Part shown: piece after piece, positions 1-13,200 of the stretch
Numbering within the stretch: position 1 is the first letter of the stretch
Layout: each line of letters starts with the position of its first letter
Source: Daphnia carinata
Lineage: Eukaryota
Direction of reading: 5' to 3'
Assembly (NCBI RefSeq): GCF_022539665.2
Contig: NC_081333.1
Location: 11,036,001-11,100,000 of the forward strand
Length of the DNA: 64,000 bases
Notes under the pieces: model-generated
Told to the model about the DNA's origin: nothing
Seen by the model: the letters and a program-made list of their open reading frames with translations, nothing else
The model's database searches: none
Made by a program: the position numbers and the translations under genes

Positions 1-3000
1 CTGAAAGCGGCGCGGATATCGGTACAACTCTATGAGGAAAGGAGGGAGAGACCATTGTCAGCCAATTGCAAGGCAGAGGTTGACCCCGTCAGTGGCTCCT
101 CCTCCGTTCCGTCCGATCGTCGTGACATTCACGCGACGATCTTGCGACACGTTGGAAGGGCCAGCGAAGATGTGAGAAAGTCTTTGGCGAAAGAGATCGC
201 CGCTCCAGGGGGAAAAAAAAACAAAAAAACAAAAATAAAGAAGCGTCCGTTTTGAAACGTGAGTGGACCGTGTGCGAATGCTTGTGTGGCCGGGAGTGGG
301 TTGTCTTCTAGTCCAAGAGAGAGATGGGTAGGGTGATGGGGGGGCTTACCGGCTGCGTGAGTGGGACGCCTGTGTGCGCTGCGCCGAAAGAAAGGAATTA
401 AGCCGGAAGGAGTAGAGAAGAGGGGATCTACCACCTGTGAGTGTGCAAGATCAGTCCACAGTGGTGGTTTGACCTCTATTCCGGTTTGACGTCACCATAT
501 TTTTTTCGCCATTCAATCGAAAGACAATTGCTCTCTCCGTCCCGCTCCGACTTGTTTTTTTTGTGTGTGTGTGTTAGTCACGGGGCCCGCTGTCATCGCC
601 ATGGTTAAATCTCGGATAACAGCGTCGAGGCGGCTACGCGCCCAGGTGAAAAAACATCAAAAAACGCGAAGAGGCGGTCATAACGGATTCAGTCCGCGAA
701 TGCGAGAATTAAATTCCGGCGACGTGCCATGGGAAATGCCGAGCGGCGGTAAGAGTAAGTTCAAGAGCTCGTGTGGTTTTTTTCTTTCTCCAAACAAAAG
801 ATCTAAGATTGTCTCGTACACACATGTGTGTTTTCTCTCTTGACGTTAGTTCAATTGTCACCTGGCGCAAAAAAAAAAAAAAATTTCTTTTGTTCTCTCT
901 CTCTCTCATTCACAGTTGACGAAATGATGGATTAGAGTGGCATGTCATGTGTCGCACGAATTGCTTCAGACGGGAATTTAATCGAGACGAGTGGTTTACC
1001 CTTTTTCCAATGTACATACTCAATTTGTACGTGATAAACTAGTATGAAATTTATTTTTGGTATACGGTCTTTTTACCGCCGAACTCTAGGGCGGGTTCGT
1101 TCCGGAAAATGACGGATTGGGGGGCTTCATTTCCAGGACGCGCACACGGTTCACGGTGGGGGGAGGTAGGAAAAAACTAGAACACACCCAAAAGATCGAT
1201 ACTATTTCACCTTTTTTTTTTTTTTCTTTCTTATTCTGCTTGTCGATCTTTTTTTTTTATTATTTTTTTTTTTTGTTCTTGTTTCTACCGTTGACTTTTC
1301 CTTGTATCCATCACTCTTTCCCTTCTGCTTGGATGAATCCGCCGAGCGCCTTGTTTGCCGTTCGTGTCTTGTGTCTACCGTTGTTGACGTCGTCTCTCCT
1401 ACCGTTTTCGCTTTATCCGGAGCGTAGTAGGAACAGCGCCCACATTCATGTGGCCCAAACGAGTTGTTCTTTTTTTCTTTGCCTTATTATTTATAACCCC
1501 CTGCTCTCGTTGAAAAAAAAAAAAAAATAATGTTTGTCATCTCTCTGCCAAAGGATTATTGCCAACGAGTTGCTCGCACTCATCGCTTTTTAGTTATATC
1601 TCTTGTGTGTTTCATTTTACACGAGGGCATTATCCAAAAATTTTTCGTATTTTATGCAAGGCATTTGAATTCGCAACGTTTTCCCTCCTGTTTCTGATTT
1701 CATGTGTGCAACGGAGCTGAGTAGGATTGATGGCAGGGCTGGCGGACGATGTACAGTATAGGTTAATTGGCTTTTGAAAAGCGGGATGGCCTTCGCTCTA
1801 TATTGTAACGCGCGGACAGATAATGGGAAGGCGGCCAGAGAGCATTGCGACGACTATTAGCAAAGCTTCTATGTACGTGTCTGCTGTGGGCTCTTTTGGA
1901 AATGTCAACCGGATGCAAGTTCACTGACAACAGCTGACGTACATTATTGATGGGATAGAAGCTCCAGTACATAGTCTAGTGGTTGAGGTAGTTCACAAAG
2001 AAAAAGTGGGTGCTCTTTTTCTTTTCTCTTTTTCAATCCTTTCATCATTTACTTGAAGATCGATTGAAATATTTACAAGAAAAAAGAAATTTCGCCGGCG
2101 TTTTGCACGGCGAGTATTGCTCAACAAAGAGTTACTCCTTACTACGAAAATGTTTCGCAGTAGTACGGCATCTGGTCATTTGGAAGTAGCCAACGGGCTC
2201 GAGGCCAAGAAATCCGTTGCTGCTAAGGCGAAAGAAAAAAAAAACAGGGGGATGCGCACGAGAAGAAAAAGAAAAACGGAGATAGCTTTAACGGTGAATT
2301 GGCGACTAGAAAAAATCTTTTAAAAATATATAAAAAAAAAAGGGCATAAGAAGATACTTGACAAGCACCCGTCACAGAGCGTCCTCTAACGTAGGCCGCA
2401 ACGGCGATTACATTGAGGTGATTAGTCGCCGCTTGTCTGCCAAACGTCCTACGCATGTCGACAACAGCTAGCGGATCCCACCTACGTCCTGACGTGATTC
2501 ACTCACGCTGAGGTGACAACACATTCTCCTGATCAAGGAGAAAGACGTGCCCCCTTTTCTTGATTGTCATTGTCTTCTTCCTGTTTAACTGCGGTACGTC
2601 GGCCTTTTTTTTTTTTCAACTAGGGACATCCGCATCCTTTTCACTAGTAATTTACACTTGATTGCTGTCTCACTTGTCTCTTTGACTGGCGTGAAATAAA
2701 GAGGTCAGCCTATCTAGACGCCCGTTGCATACTCCTCATTTCCCATGTGATAATCAAATCGATTACAAAGTTTGAACCGTACGCTGCATTGGGAAAAGCT
2801 CTGAATATTTCAAAGGATCAAAACAATAGAAAAAAAAGACAAAGGCGAAACAAATGAGCGTGAAAAACGTATCGTTCGACAGTTTATGGAATTGCCTAAG
2901 AAAGAAGGGGAAAAAAACAAAAAGTCTTCTATTGTTAGACAATATCAGAAAAGAATCGAAAAGATTGTGTTTTTGGGCGCTATGTAACAAGACAATAGCG

Positions 3001-6000
3001 AACGTCAGTTGACCGTATATCAGCCATCTTTTATATCGTTTGATGGATGGTATATTCCGCTGACGGCAAAGCTTCTCGTGTGATTTTTTTTTTTTTTAGT
3101 GCTTTCCATCCCCTGTACTTTCATCTGCCCATCTCTTCCGATTGCCCCCACGCACAATTCTGATTAATGGCCTGATTGGATGGTTCCCAGATGGACCATC
3201 TCTCACATTTTACCTGTGGGGGGGGGGGGTGGCGCACAGTTGGCCAATTCGCAGAGCTGAGCGATAACTCAACTTTTATTACGATAGACGTAGAATATTC
3301 CCCGCGTTCGGAATGATTCCGCAGGCATCCATTCCGCTTTGATCTCAATTTCGCGTCCGCAAGAAAAAAAAATAAAAATAAAAATAAATCCTATTTAGGT
3401 ATATACGTCTATAAAGATTGGACTGTTCTATTTTAGAATGCCTTCCTAGTTTTATTCCAGTATATATCTTTGTACCAACTGGTCCTTTCCATGTCTTTTG
3501 TCCGGATCAACATCCGGATGTGTCCTAGATAATAGAAAAGACGTACGTGTGGGAAGATACAAATATATATAAAAAAAAAAAGAGGGGGAGGAAAAAACAA
3601 TTGTAAAAAAAAAAGAAGAGAAAAGTAAGAGATAGGCGGATTCGTAGTCATTGGCAGTTCCATCGTGTCCCATCCTTTGCTGCCCGATGATATGGCGACC
3701 GGTCCATCTTCGTTCGGCCAACTTCCACCCGCACTGGGATTGTCCGTGCATTTTCTCCGACCAACGGATCGCTCAGTTGTGGCAATCGGAAAAGAAAAAG
3801 AATTGAACACTCTATTTATATGGGCGTTCATTCGTGGAACTATTCCAAAAAAAACTTTTTCAAGTTTTTTTGTGTTTGTTTTCGTCCTTTTTATTTTAAT
3901 ATATTTTGGGTTGGAATTTGTTTTCTTAGCGAACATTTTTTTTTTTTGTTTGCACGGGTTTAGCGGGTTCTTTGATACGGTTATGAGATGTCGTTTGCTT
4001 CAGACGCTTTTTCTTTGTGTTATTTTAGAATCAAGATAGCACCCACCCCTCAAAAAAACAAAAAAACAACCTCGTCATCAATTCGCAGTGTGGCGTTGTG
4101 ATTGTCAAATAACAATAAAGCTCCAAGGACTCGTTTCAAATGACGGGATTTCGCGGTTCTGCGTGGCTTGTGTACATGTGAATGTGTTGTTAGATTGTCT
4201 CTTTATTTTATTTTTTTTCTTCCCTCCTTTTGTTGGTGGCTACCGGACAAAAGTCTCTTTTATTTTTGCTTCCATCTTTCGTCTTGTTTGCGTTTAACGT
4301 TCAATTCTGTTGACTATAGCAGAACGAAAGGGAAAAAGAAATTCAGAGTGTAGTTGCTCAGTGAACTGTCTAGAGGACAATCCTCCGCGTTAGGCGTACC
4401 GTTATCCCCTTTCATCAACATTCCCGCGGGATCTTCTTGCGCGTGCCGCTCACTTTCGCTTGTCTACTGTTCGTATATTTTTAGGCGAGGAAAATGAGGG
4501 ACGGGCCTCGTTGTTGTTACAACCCGCCACTTTGCTCGTTTGTCCCGTTTTCACGTGTGTATCGCCAAAAGTTTGGTTGATTGCATTCAAGATGGCCACT
4601 GTCATGCTCTATTAGTATTCTATGTATCTACTAGTGAATCTATCGTTGAGCAAATTTCGTTTCTATTCTTACATCTTTGATTTGTGCGTTCTTTCGTGAT
4701 CGTGTTATATTACCGAAGGTTCGCTTTCGTTCTGGTCTTGGGTTCGATTCCCGGATAGGCCTTTTCTTTTTTTCTGATAGTGCGCTCTCTATATATATCT
4801 TTTTCTCGCTACTCTTTTTTTTTATGATATGATTATGCGTGCTAGTCCCTTTATTTATGTCTTTTACAGACATTTTGTTTATTTCCTTTTCTTTGCTTTC
4901 CGCCACCCGTGGCTTATTTTATACATCTGGATGTACTGCATTTGTATCTCATTTTCTCTTTTGGCGCTTTTCTGAAGTAATTTTTTTTTTCTTATTGATA
5001 TTTTTACGTTCCCTTTTTTGTATCTCGCATTTTCTTGTTCGTCGTTGCGGAAAACGATCCCCCTTTTTTTTTATTATTAGCGTTCTCTTCTACTCCACCT
5101 CATTTCGGGATTAAGTGCATAAATACCGTTATTATGATGCTGCTATTACAAGCCTCGAGAAGTTGCATCGCGAAAATGGAAACTCATCAATCGATGCATT
5201 CGTTGTGAGCTCTGCTTTTTTTTTTCCTGGTTTTTTCTTATCCATTTCTTCCTTTTTTCTTGTTCCTGATTTCCTTTTTTTCGGCTATCTGCTTGCAGAT
5301 CAAGACATTGAAGCGCGGAGCAGCAGCGCTTCACTTTCGTGACTGATTGAATTGGGAGATTGGGAGTTGCATCTCTTTCAGTAGCTCTCGGAAAAGATGT
5401 CGGGAATCATTGGATCTACAACAATAATAGAAAAGAAAGAAATGCGTATTGAAAGGAATGGGGGCAATGTTATTTTTTTTTTTTCTTGTTGATATCCTGG
5501 AATGTGGTTTGTGCCTTCCCAATCGTCGTAATATGGAATGAAGACATTATAGCTTTTTTTTCCTCCCCTTTTTCTCATCTTCCGAAAGAGAAAAAAAAAA
5601 ACACCATCGTGATTGATTTCCTAGTATTCCAAGCAAAGCAGACTGTAGTGATCGACTAATGACATTTTTAAGCTCGAACCCACATTGAATCCGTTCGCCG
5701 TTTTGCAATTTATTTTGAATGAAATATAAGCGTCTTATGGATGGACAGTTTCAAATCTTTTGGCGCATTCGTATTCAGGCGTGCAGATTGCATTTTCCCA
5801 GCTTTTTTCAAAGCCGATTCGAAATGGCTTCCCTTGTTGAAATGAGAGGAGTCCAAGTCCATTGTCGCCACCAAACAATTTGCACAAATCTCGACCAGTT
5901 TTTTTTTATTATTTTCCGTATTATCTAGTAAAAAAAAAAAAAAAAAAAAAATTGAAAGCTCTAGTGGGTGTAGTTAGATTGTTCAATCAAAACCGGTGGC

Positions 6001-7510
6001 ACTGTCGTTGAGGAAACAACAAAAGAACAGAAAAACAAACAAAATAATAATAAATAAGACAGTGTCTAACTTGGGCCAACGAATCAAAGCAGCAGGAACC
6101 GGTGTAGGATGAACGAAAACAAATGATGGAGTAGAAGAGAGGCCAAAGTGCTCCAATCCGATTCATTCGTCTCCGTCGCTTCAGTCACTTTCTCCGGCAA
6201 ATCTCCTTCCTTCTCTCTCTCTCTCTCTTCCTCTTTTTACTACTTGTTTTTCTTGTGATCTGACTTCTTCTTGAGACCTGTGTCTAGCACGTCTGTCATC
6301 TTCCAGACGACTTTGAGGAATCGACTTGCATCTATTTCATCTCAACCGCTTCCGTTTCGCCCGGCTAACGTGAATTCGTTCATGCGAGAAACTCCCGTAT
6401 CCAAGACCTGCAGTTTCTCCGAGTCCCCCCCCCCCTTAAAATAAAATAAAAAATCGATACCTAATCGATGCCCATTGCTGCATTCGCTTGAGCGCTTCCT
6501 ACACCCCCACATCCCCACACCATGATTGTAATATTATCTATCTATCACGAATGCAATTCTTTTTTCTTTTTTGTTTAAGAATATCAAAGATCGAATTTAC
6601 ATACAAGGTCTTCCCGTCCGGATAAGAAAAAAAAAATAGAAGTGGGGGGGCCTTCACGATCTCTTCACGTCGTTTGCATTTCATCGTGATATATTCTGAA
6701 TCAGATTTTTTTTTTTCTTTTCGGGACCACAGGGAGGGGTTTATGTAAAACAGGAGACAGTCTCCCTATATTGCCGATCCACTTGACGGAAGCGGAACGG
6801 ACTATATACTTGCGCGGTTGGGGGATATCTCTTGTGTTTTGTTTTCATTTTGACAACTGAGTTTTTTTTCCTGCTTGCCTTCGATCGGTTTTTGATTTAA
6901 AAAAAAAAAAATATTCAATAAGTTTTAAAAAGAAAAAGAGTTTCGATTTTGTTGGTGTCCGGGTGTTGGTCAGATGGCGTTAGGATCTCTAAAGTTTGAC
7001 GGAACTAGAAACACGGCTGATTTGTCTTTTTTTAGGGTTGACCGTATTTTTTGTTCTGTGTGTGTGTTCTAGACGCAGTTTCCAGTTCGCTTTTTTTTTT
7101 CTATTTTCTTCTTCACTCTCTTCCATCGAGTTTCACGTCTCAGTCACGCTTCAACTGACGATTGGTCCGTTACACTCTTCTCGTGTCCCATTCTTTTGTT
7201 CCGCGTCGACAGAATCTAATCCATAAGCTAAAAAAAAAATTTTTTGTCAAACAAATCATTAAAAGAAAAAAAAAACACAGGGTATTTGTGTGTTGTAACG
7301 CCCAGTGAATACAAAAAAAGGAGTACCTTATCATCGTGCAAACGGGAGTGCCACCAACGATCGACATAGAAGAATATGACAAGTAGACCTTCGACTGCCA
7401 CGCTATGGCGTAATTTGGCAAACCTCTGACACTCTATTTCTATGACAACTAATTCTCCTTAAAGCGCTACGAATAAATAATAACCTGTTTGTGAATGTGA
7501 CAGTTGATTT

Positions 7511-10295
7511 ATGATGATGGAGACAAGTCCGGCCAGAGCCCAACTCTCTTTAGATAGTTAGGGCGATTATTAACCGTTGGTTGATTTATGTTGTTATTTT
7601 TATTGATTTTTTTTTTTTGGTATCCTCTTCGTTTTACAGGACATTCCGGAGGCGTTCAAGAAGATGACGTCGCCCCGTCTGCTCCGCCATTGGATCACAT
7701 GGATCAAGTATATGGTTACGAAACGACATCTTTTGATGCAGGTAACGTTTTTCGTGTCATTAACGTTTTTTGCCTTTTTGAATAGGAAAAATCCCAATTG
7801 AAATTGATTTCCACCAGTTGTCCTTTTTTATTGTTTTTAACTTTGCGTGGGTGGATGACTTTGTGTTTATTATTGCCTAAATGGACAGTGTGTGTTCCCC
7901 CTCCGCCGAGTTTGTCCGAATGGGAAGAGGACCAGCAGCTGCAACTGGAACAACAGAAATCACAGGCAGATGGCGAGAAGAAGGAGCAACAATGCGAACA
8001 ACAAATGGCCCAAGGAGATGCAGCAGGAGGGTGTAGTGGGACGGGACCAACGAGTCCGACCCGTCTCCAAATCGCCGACCTTCCGCCCGTCAGCGAAGTT
8101 GATGCCCGTAATGCTCTCCTCGGCATGGTGACGGAGCACTGCTGCTGGGGTAGGGCAGCCGCCCGTCACATGTCCATTGGAAAAATCCTTTCTTCATCCG
8201 CTTTTCACGTAAGCCACACGCCTTAAACTCCTCGTCTCTTTGTCTTTAAACAAATTTTCTAAATGCAATTATTTATTTCAGTACGAAATTCAAACGTTCA
8301 CCGAGAAACGCGAGACATCGTGGGCTTTTATGCCGCATGGCGGAGGCGAAGTTGACGGGCCTCGTTGCGGTCCAGCCCCTCGTCCGTGGGACATTCCGGC
8401 CGATCCGACAGACCTTTTTCGCAGCGAAATGAAAGTACTTCAAGTGCCACACACGGCGTCTGTCAAAACGTGTCACCGTTGTCGCGGAGCCGGGAGCCTC
8501 CTCTGTCAAGAATGTCACGGCAAAGGATGGGTAGGTGGAGGTTGGAAAAAATAAAAAAAAAATTTCAACGTCATTTCGTCACCATTTTTATTACTGTTTA
8601 TTTATTCCCATTTCTTTCTTTTTTTTATTTACATAAATTCTTGAAGACGAGGTGTCTGAGTTGCCACGGCGACGGATGGGGTTCCGATTCAGCCGGCAAC
8701 AAGGAGCGCTGCTTCTTCTGCCAGTCGTCGACGCACGGAAGAGGACGTCAGGTAATAAAAATACATCCTCCTACAATCCCTGACTTTCAAAGTCGACTCA
8801 ATCCGTGTGTGTGTGTGTGTGGGTGGTATGCCTGAACCAACGCGTACGTGGGTGGGATCTTTTTTTTTTTTTCACGGAGTCCGTGTGTTTTTTTTTTCTC
8901 GGTCCACTAGTACCGGCCTGCGTCTTATGATTGCAAACCCTGGGAAAATCACGCCCGCCTTCAACTCGTGCCACATCATCCAGCTGGCCAAAAAAAAAGG
9001 GGGGGGGGAGATATATACACACACACACACATAGAACCTCCGGCAATCCTTCCAACTCGATAATAGTCTTTCATGCCTGCTAACCTCTGAGGCAACGGTC
9101 AATATTGATCTTTTCAATGCTAAATATATAAACGTGTGTGTGTGTGTGTGTCTGTCTACGTGTAGAAGGCAAGCTTCTACACACACAGTAGTCATGTGCG
9201 TAGCCGAACGGCTGTCGATCCACGGGCAAATCGGTTTTTCCGTGTGAAAACGTTTGCTAGACATCTAAAAAAAAAAAAAATCCGTCCCTTTTTTTCCCCC
9301 TCCTTTGAAATAACGAGGCAATATAAACATTCGGCGGAAGCCAATGGCTTACACCGCTGTCGTTCCTTTTTTTTTTTTTTTTTTAAGTATATTTGTATTA
9401 GAAGAGTACTGGATGAATCAGTCGGTCGTATTCCCCGTTCGTTGCGTCCTAACATTTCCTTCTTTACTCAAATCAGGTGATGTGTTACGAACGCATTTGC
9501 TCTTTGTAGTGGTCAGAATCTTGTATATATCAGAGGCTCTTCTCTTTTTATAAAATAGTTTATGCAATTGGGATGGGCTAGAGAGGCAAGTCGATGAAAC
9601 AAGAGGTAATCAATAGAACGAAGTTAGTCCTTGACGAAATAAAATTTTTAACTGCGCATATCTTCAAACTTTTGCCACCGCTAATATTTTCCTTTTTTAA
9701 AAAGTTCCTGTATTCTGATCTTGACAGTGATAATGATGAAATTTCTTTAAATATTGTGATTACATCAGGATTGTTTAAAATGCAACGCCAAGGGCCGAGT
9801 GGCGTGTCCGCCGTGCGACAGCTACGGCCAAATCCGCTGCTACATCAGTCTGACCATCACGTGGAAGGCCAATACGTCGGAGCACATCGTTGCTAAGTCG
9901 TCGCTACCCGAAGATCTCATCCGCCAAGTCTCGGGTCAGGTGGTCTACGAAGAGGAAGGCCCGCGCATCACGCCGTTGCATCACTTTACCGACCCGACCA
10001 TCAGCCTGGCCTCCACCCAGTTGGTGCTCAATCACAATCGTCAGTGGCCCGATCAGAGAATTCTCGCTCAGGTGAGTCATATGAATTTCTCTTTTTAAAA
10101 AAAAAAAAAAAAAAAAAACCAATAAAATAAATATATACAAACACACAGAGACAACAAGTCAGAATGGTGCCCGTCACCGAAGTTCACTACACTTGGAAAC
10201 GGCGAACGGGCAAATTTTACCTTTACGGCTACGAGCACAAAGTCCACGCACCCGACTATCCTCAAACTTGCTGTTGGGGCTGCTCCATTTTGTAA
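7511..10295 (+). CDS. SSUH2: SSUH2-like protein (DnaJ-type CxxCxGxG zinc-finger repeats, C-terminal CaaX), 7 exons
   Basis: Phase-consistent GT-AG exons 7511-7556, 7640-7741, 7889-8208, 8282-8530, 8647-8751, 9769-10071, 10149-10295. Peptides include VPHTASVKTCHRCRGAG, CQECHGKG, CLSCHGDG, CLKCNAKG, RQQVRMVPVTEVHY and the end YPQTCCWGCSIL*. The first exon/start is less certain. Confidence 0.88.
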
Positions 10296-13200
10296 CTATA
10301 TGCAATTCCAAAGCAAAAGAAAAACAACAAGGACGACAGCTTATGGCCGTCTGACATGAAACTTGCTTAGCCCACTGACATGCACAACTCGTACATAATT
10401 CAAGTGTTTCATGCACATAAATGGCTAAAGGAAAAATGACAGTCTGCTTCTCGTACGGCCGCTTCTTCAATTTGACAAATTATTTGGGACATTTTTTTTT
10501 TGTTTTTATAGACGCCGACTTTGCCAAACAGTCCAACCCAAAAAAAAAGATCACAAATACTTTTGTTTGTTTGTTTTTTTATTTCTTCATCATGATTTTA
10601 TATTTAGTGGTGTTTTCCTCAATGTGCGTGTGTTTTTGTTTCAAAACCATCAATTGAACGTCTTTCTACGGTGCGTGTAAAATTGTTGGAACAAATGCGT
10701 GAATGTTCGCATCCATGACAGGCAACACAGGAAGTTGTTCTTTTGTTTTTGACGTTATTTTACTTGAGGTTTTTTGGCCTGTGTTTTTCGTAAGCAATTA
10801 TTTTCTACCTCTTGGCGGCGAAATGAATTTGTTTTTTTTTTATCATCAGCCCATCACCTCCGGTTGCAGTCTTGCCCTCAATGTATTTAATTTTCTTTTC
10901 TTTTTTTTTCGTTTACGGTCTTAATTATGTTTCTTACTGTGCCTCTGTACTCGTGTCTTTAATTGCATTTCAGTGTTTTTGATTACGTTCGTCTTTCCTA
11001 TCGATTTTTTATTATTATTATTTTTTTATTTTACATATACAAATGTGTTTCCATTTGTTTTTTTAATGGGAATAATTTTGCAAAAGCTCTTTTGGTAATC
11101 AATTTCAATCTTTTTGTAGCAGCTGTACTCTTTTTGTTTCTCTATGTTTTGATTTCGGAGGAAAAAAGTCGGGTTTGGGCTGGATTTCTTTTGGATCTGT
11201 TATGACGCCCATCGTCTCGCTCTCTCGCAAAGAAAAAAAAATATTACAATACACTCGATCCTCGTCCATCTCTCTTGCATTTAATCTCATTTCAATAAAT
11301 GGTCAAGGATTTATTTTTCGCACGAAGAGATATACCACACACAGTCATTTGATCGATGATGGAAATGAGTCAGGGCTGTAGTCACATATGGCCGACGTTT
11401 AATTACGTGTCGGTACGTCCCACTTATTACAAATACAACAACTCTCAGGCACTCTTATTCGTTGTGTATATTTTCTAAACAAGGCAGCGTTTGTTGTATA
11501 CTAGACGTGTGCTCCATCTTCATTCTTTTTCCTTTTTCGCCGTTCATTCTTTGCTTCTCTTTGATTAAGGATTTGTTGAAGTTGGCATCTGTCGGCGATT
11601 TCCACCAGCTGTTTGGTGAGAGACAAGTGTAATCGGCACACACACACGATCCAGACGGGCTTCGTTCCATGACAGAATAAAAGTTCTTATTTCGTGGGGT
11701 TTTAAAAAAAAGGAGGGAGTTGAGAAGTATATCTGTCTCGGTCAGAGTTTTCACGAATGACGGCTCGCGTTCAGTTATCTCTGTTCTTTTTTTTTGTTGT
11801 TGTTGGGATTTCTACCATAGTCGAGTACGGACTGGAAATAATAAAACGCAAAACGAACACGAGTTGCAGCCAAAAAAACGAGGGAAATCTATTTTCAGCA
11901 ACTCTTTTTCCTCACCATGTCGTATGGAGTCACAAGGCCTCCTTTCACTGCCGAGCATCTCTGCAGGGGTTAACTACTATTTAAATAAATAATCTCAATA
12001 CGAGTTTCGCATGTTTATATACATCATCGAAAACCGGATATCGTAAGTATCCCGTCACAGAAATCTGTAGAAATGCTTGTACTTTTACGTGCACTCACGT
12101 AATCCCACTTGCAAACATGCCCACGTCATAATACGTAATAACCATTTATAATCATGTTGGTGATATATTTGAATGGAAAAGATTTGAAGCTTGAAGCTAA
12201 AATCCCTGTAGAGAATGTTACGTCCTCAAGCCTCGTATAGAACCTAATCAGCCAACCAGAAAAAGAAATTTATTGTATTAGCAGTTTACTATCATCATCA
12301 AAGTGTTTTGTGCATTGTGTGTGTTTTCCAGGCGTCCAATTCCCTGCGTGTCACGCGGCTTTGACGAGAACCGCTCTGCAGAATAGCGATAATGAGGTTA
12401 TGATGACATGTTTGCCTTCATTCCAGTACGAAAGTAACCTCTGCCAACTCTATTTTGTCACAGCACATGCAACATTTTGTTTTTCCAAGTTCCAATTTGC
12501 TTCTTAACTGGCTCCATCCCACTGAGTGCATATATTCTATCGAAAAATAGTAAAAGTTTCTAGATTTTTTTTTGGGAGCTTATAAAAAAATATCACAAAT
12601 TCCCGGAAAAAACATGTTGAAAAAAATGGGGTTTTATTATGTCCGAGAAAAGGGGAGGAAAATGGATGTATCCCGTAGGACAAGAACTTTCTTTTTCCTC
12701 TCTTTCATATAGATCCAATGCTATATAAGAACGTAATAGGCACTTGTTACGATACTATATATATAGGTTTATAGGGGAGGACTTATTGTCGTTTGTTTTA
12801 AGAGCCGGAAAGGAGGACCGGGATGTGCCGCAATCACGCAGAAAGGCGGTGGAGGGGATGCTACTGCTGTCGTCATCAACAACGATACGATGGGCTCTCG
12901 ACGTACAAACCAGCTGACCAGTAGCTGGGAAAAAAAATATATATATATATCACTTGGTTTTCTAAGAGACATACTATAAAACCTAGGAAAAAGAAAACAT
13001 AAAAGAATAAGGAATGTGAAACCATAAAAAGATTGCCATGTTAGATTCTACGCCACTTACACACACCAATTTGTGGGACGACCACAAACCATTTTCGAGA
13101 GACGTCGTTTTACGATGGCGTCGTCAAAAGCCCATCGACACTAATTAACAAAAAGATTTAAGGCGTTGGAAGATTTTCATTCATATTTTGAGTAGTATTT

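Noticed and set aside
4740..4756. GGGTTCGATTCCCGG tRNA-like B-box
   Set aside because: No A-box/D-arm or cloverleaf at the right spacing upstream; isolated motif.
1..7500. Many 60-170 aa ORFs rich in Phe/Lys
   Set aside because: They arise from poly-T/poly-A runs in intergenic or UTR/intron DNA and show no recognisable domains. A minus-strand exon running off the left edge (ATG at 55-53) is possible but unsupported.
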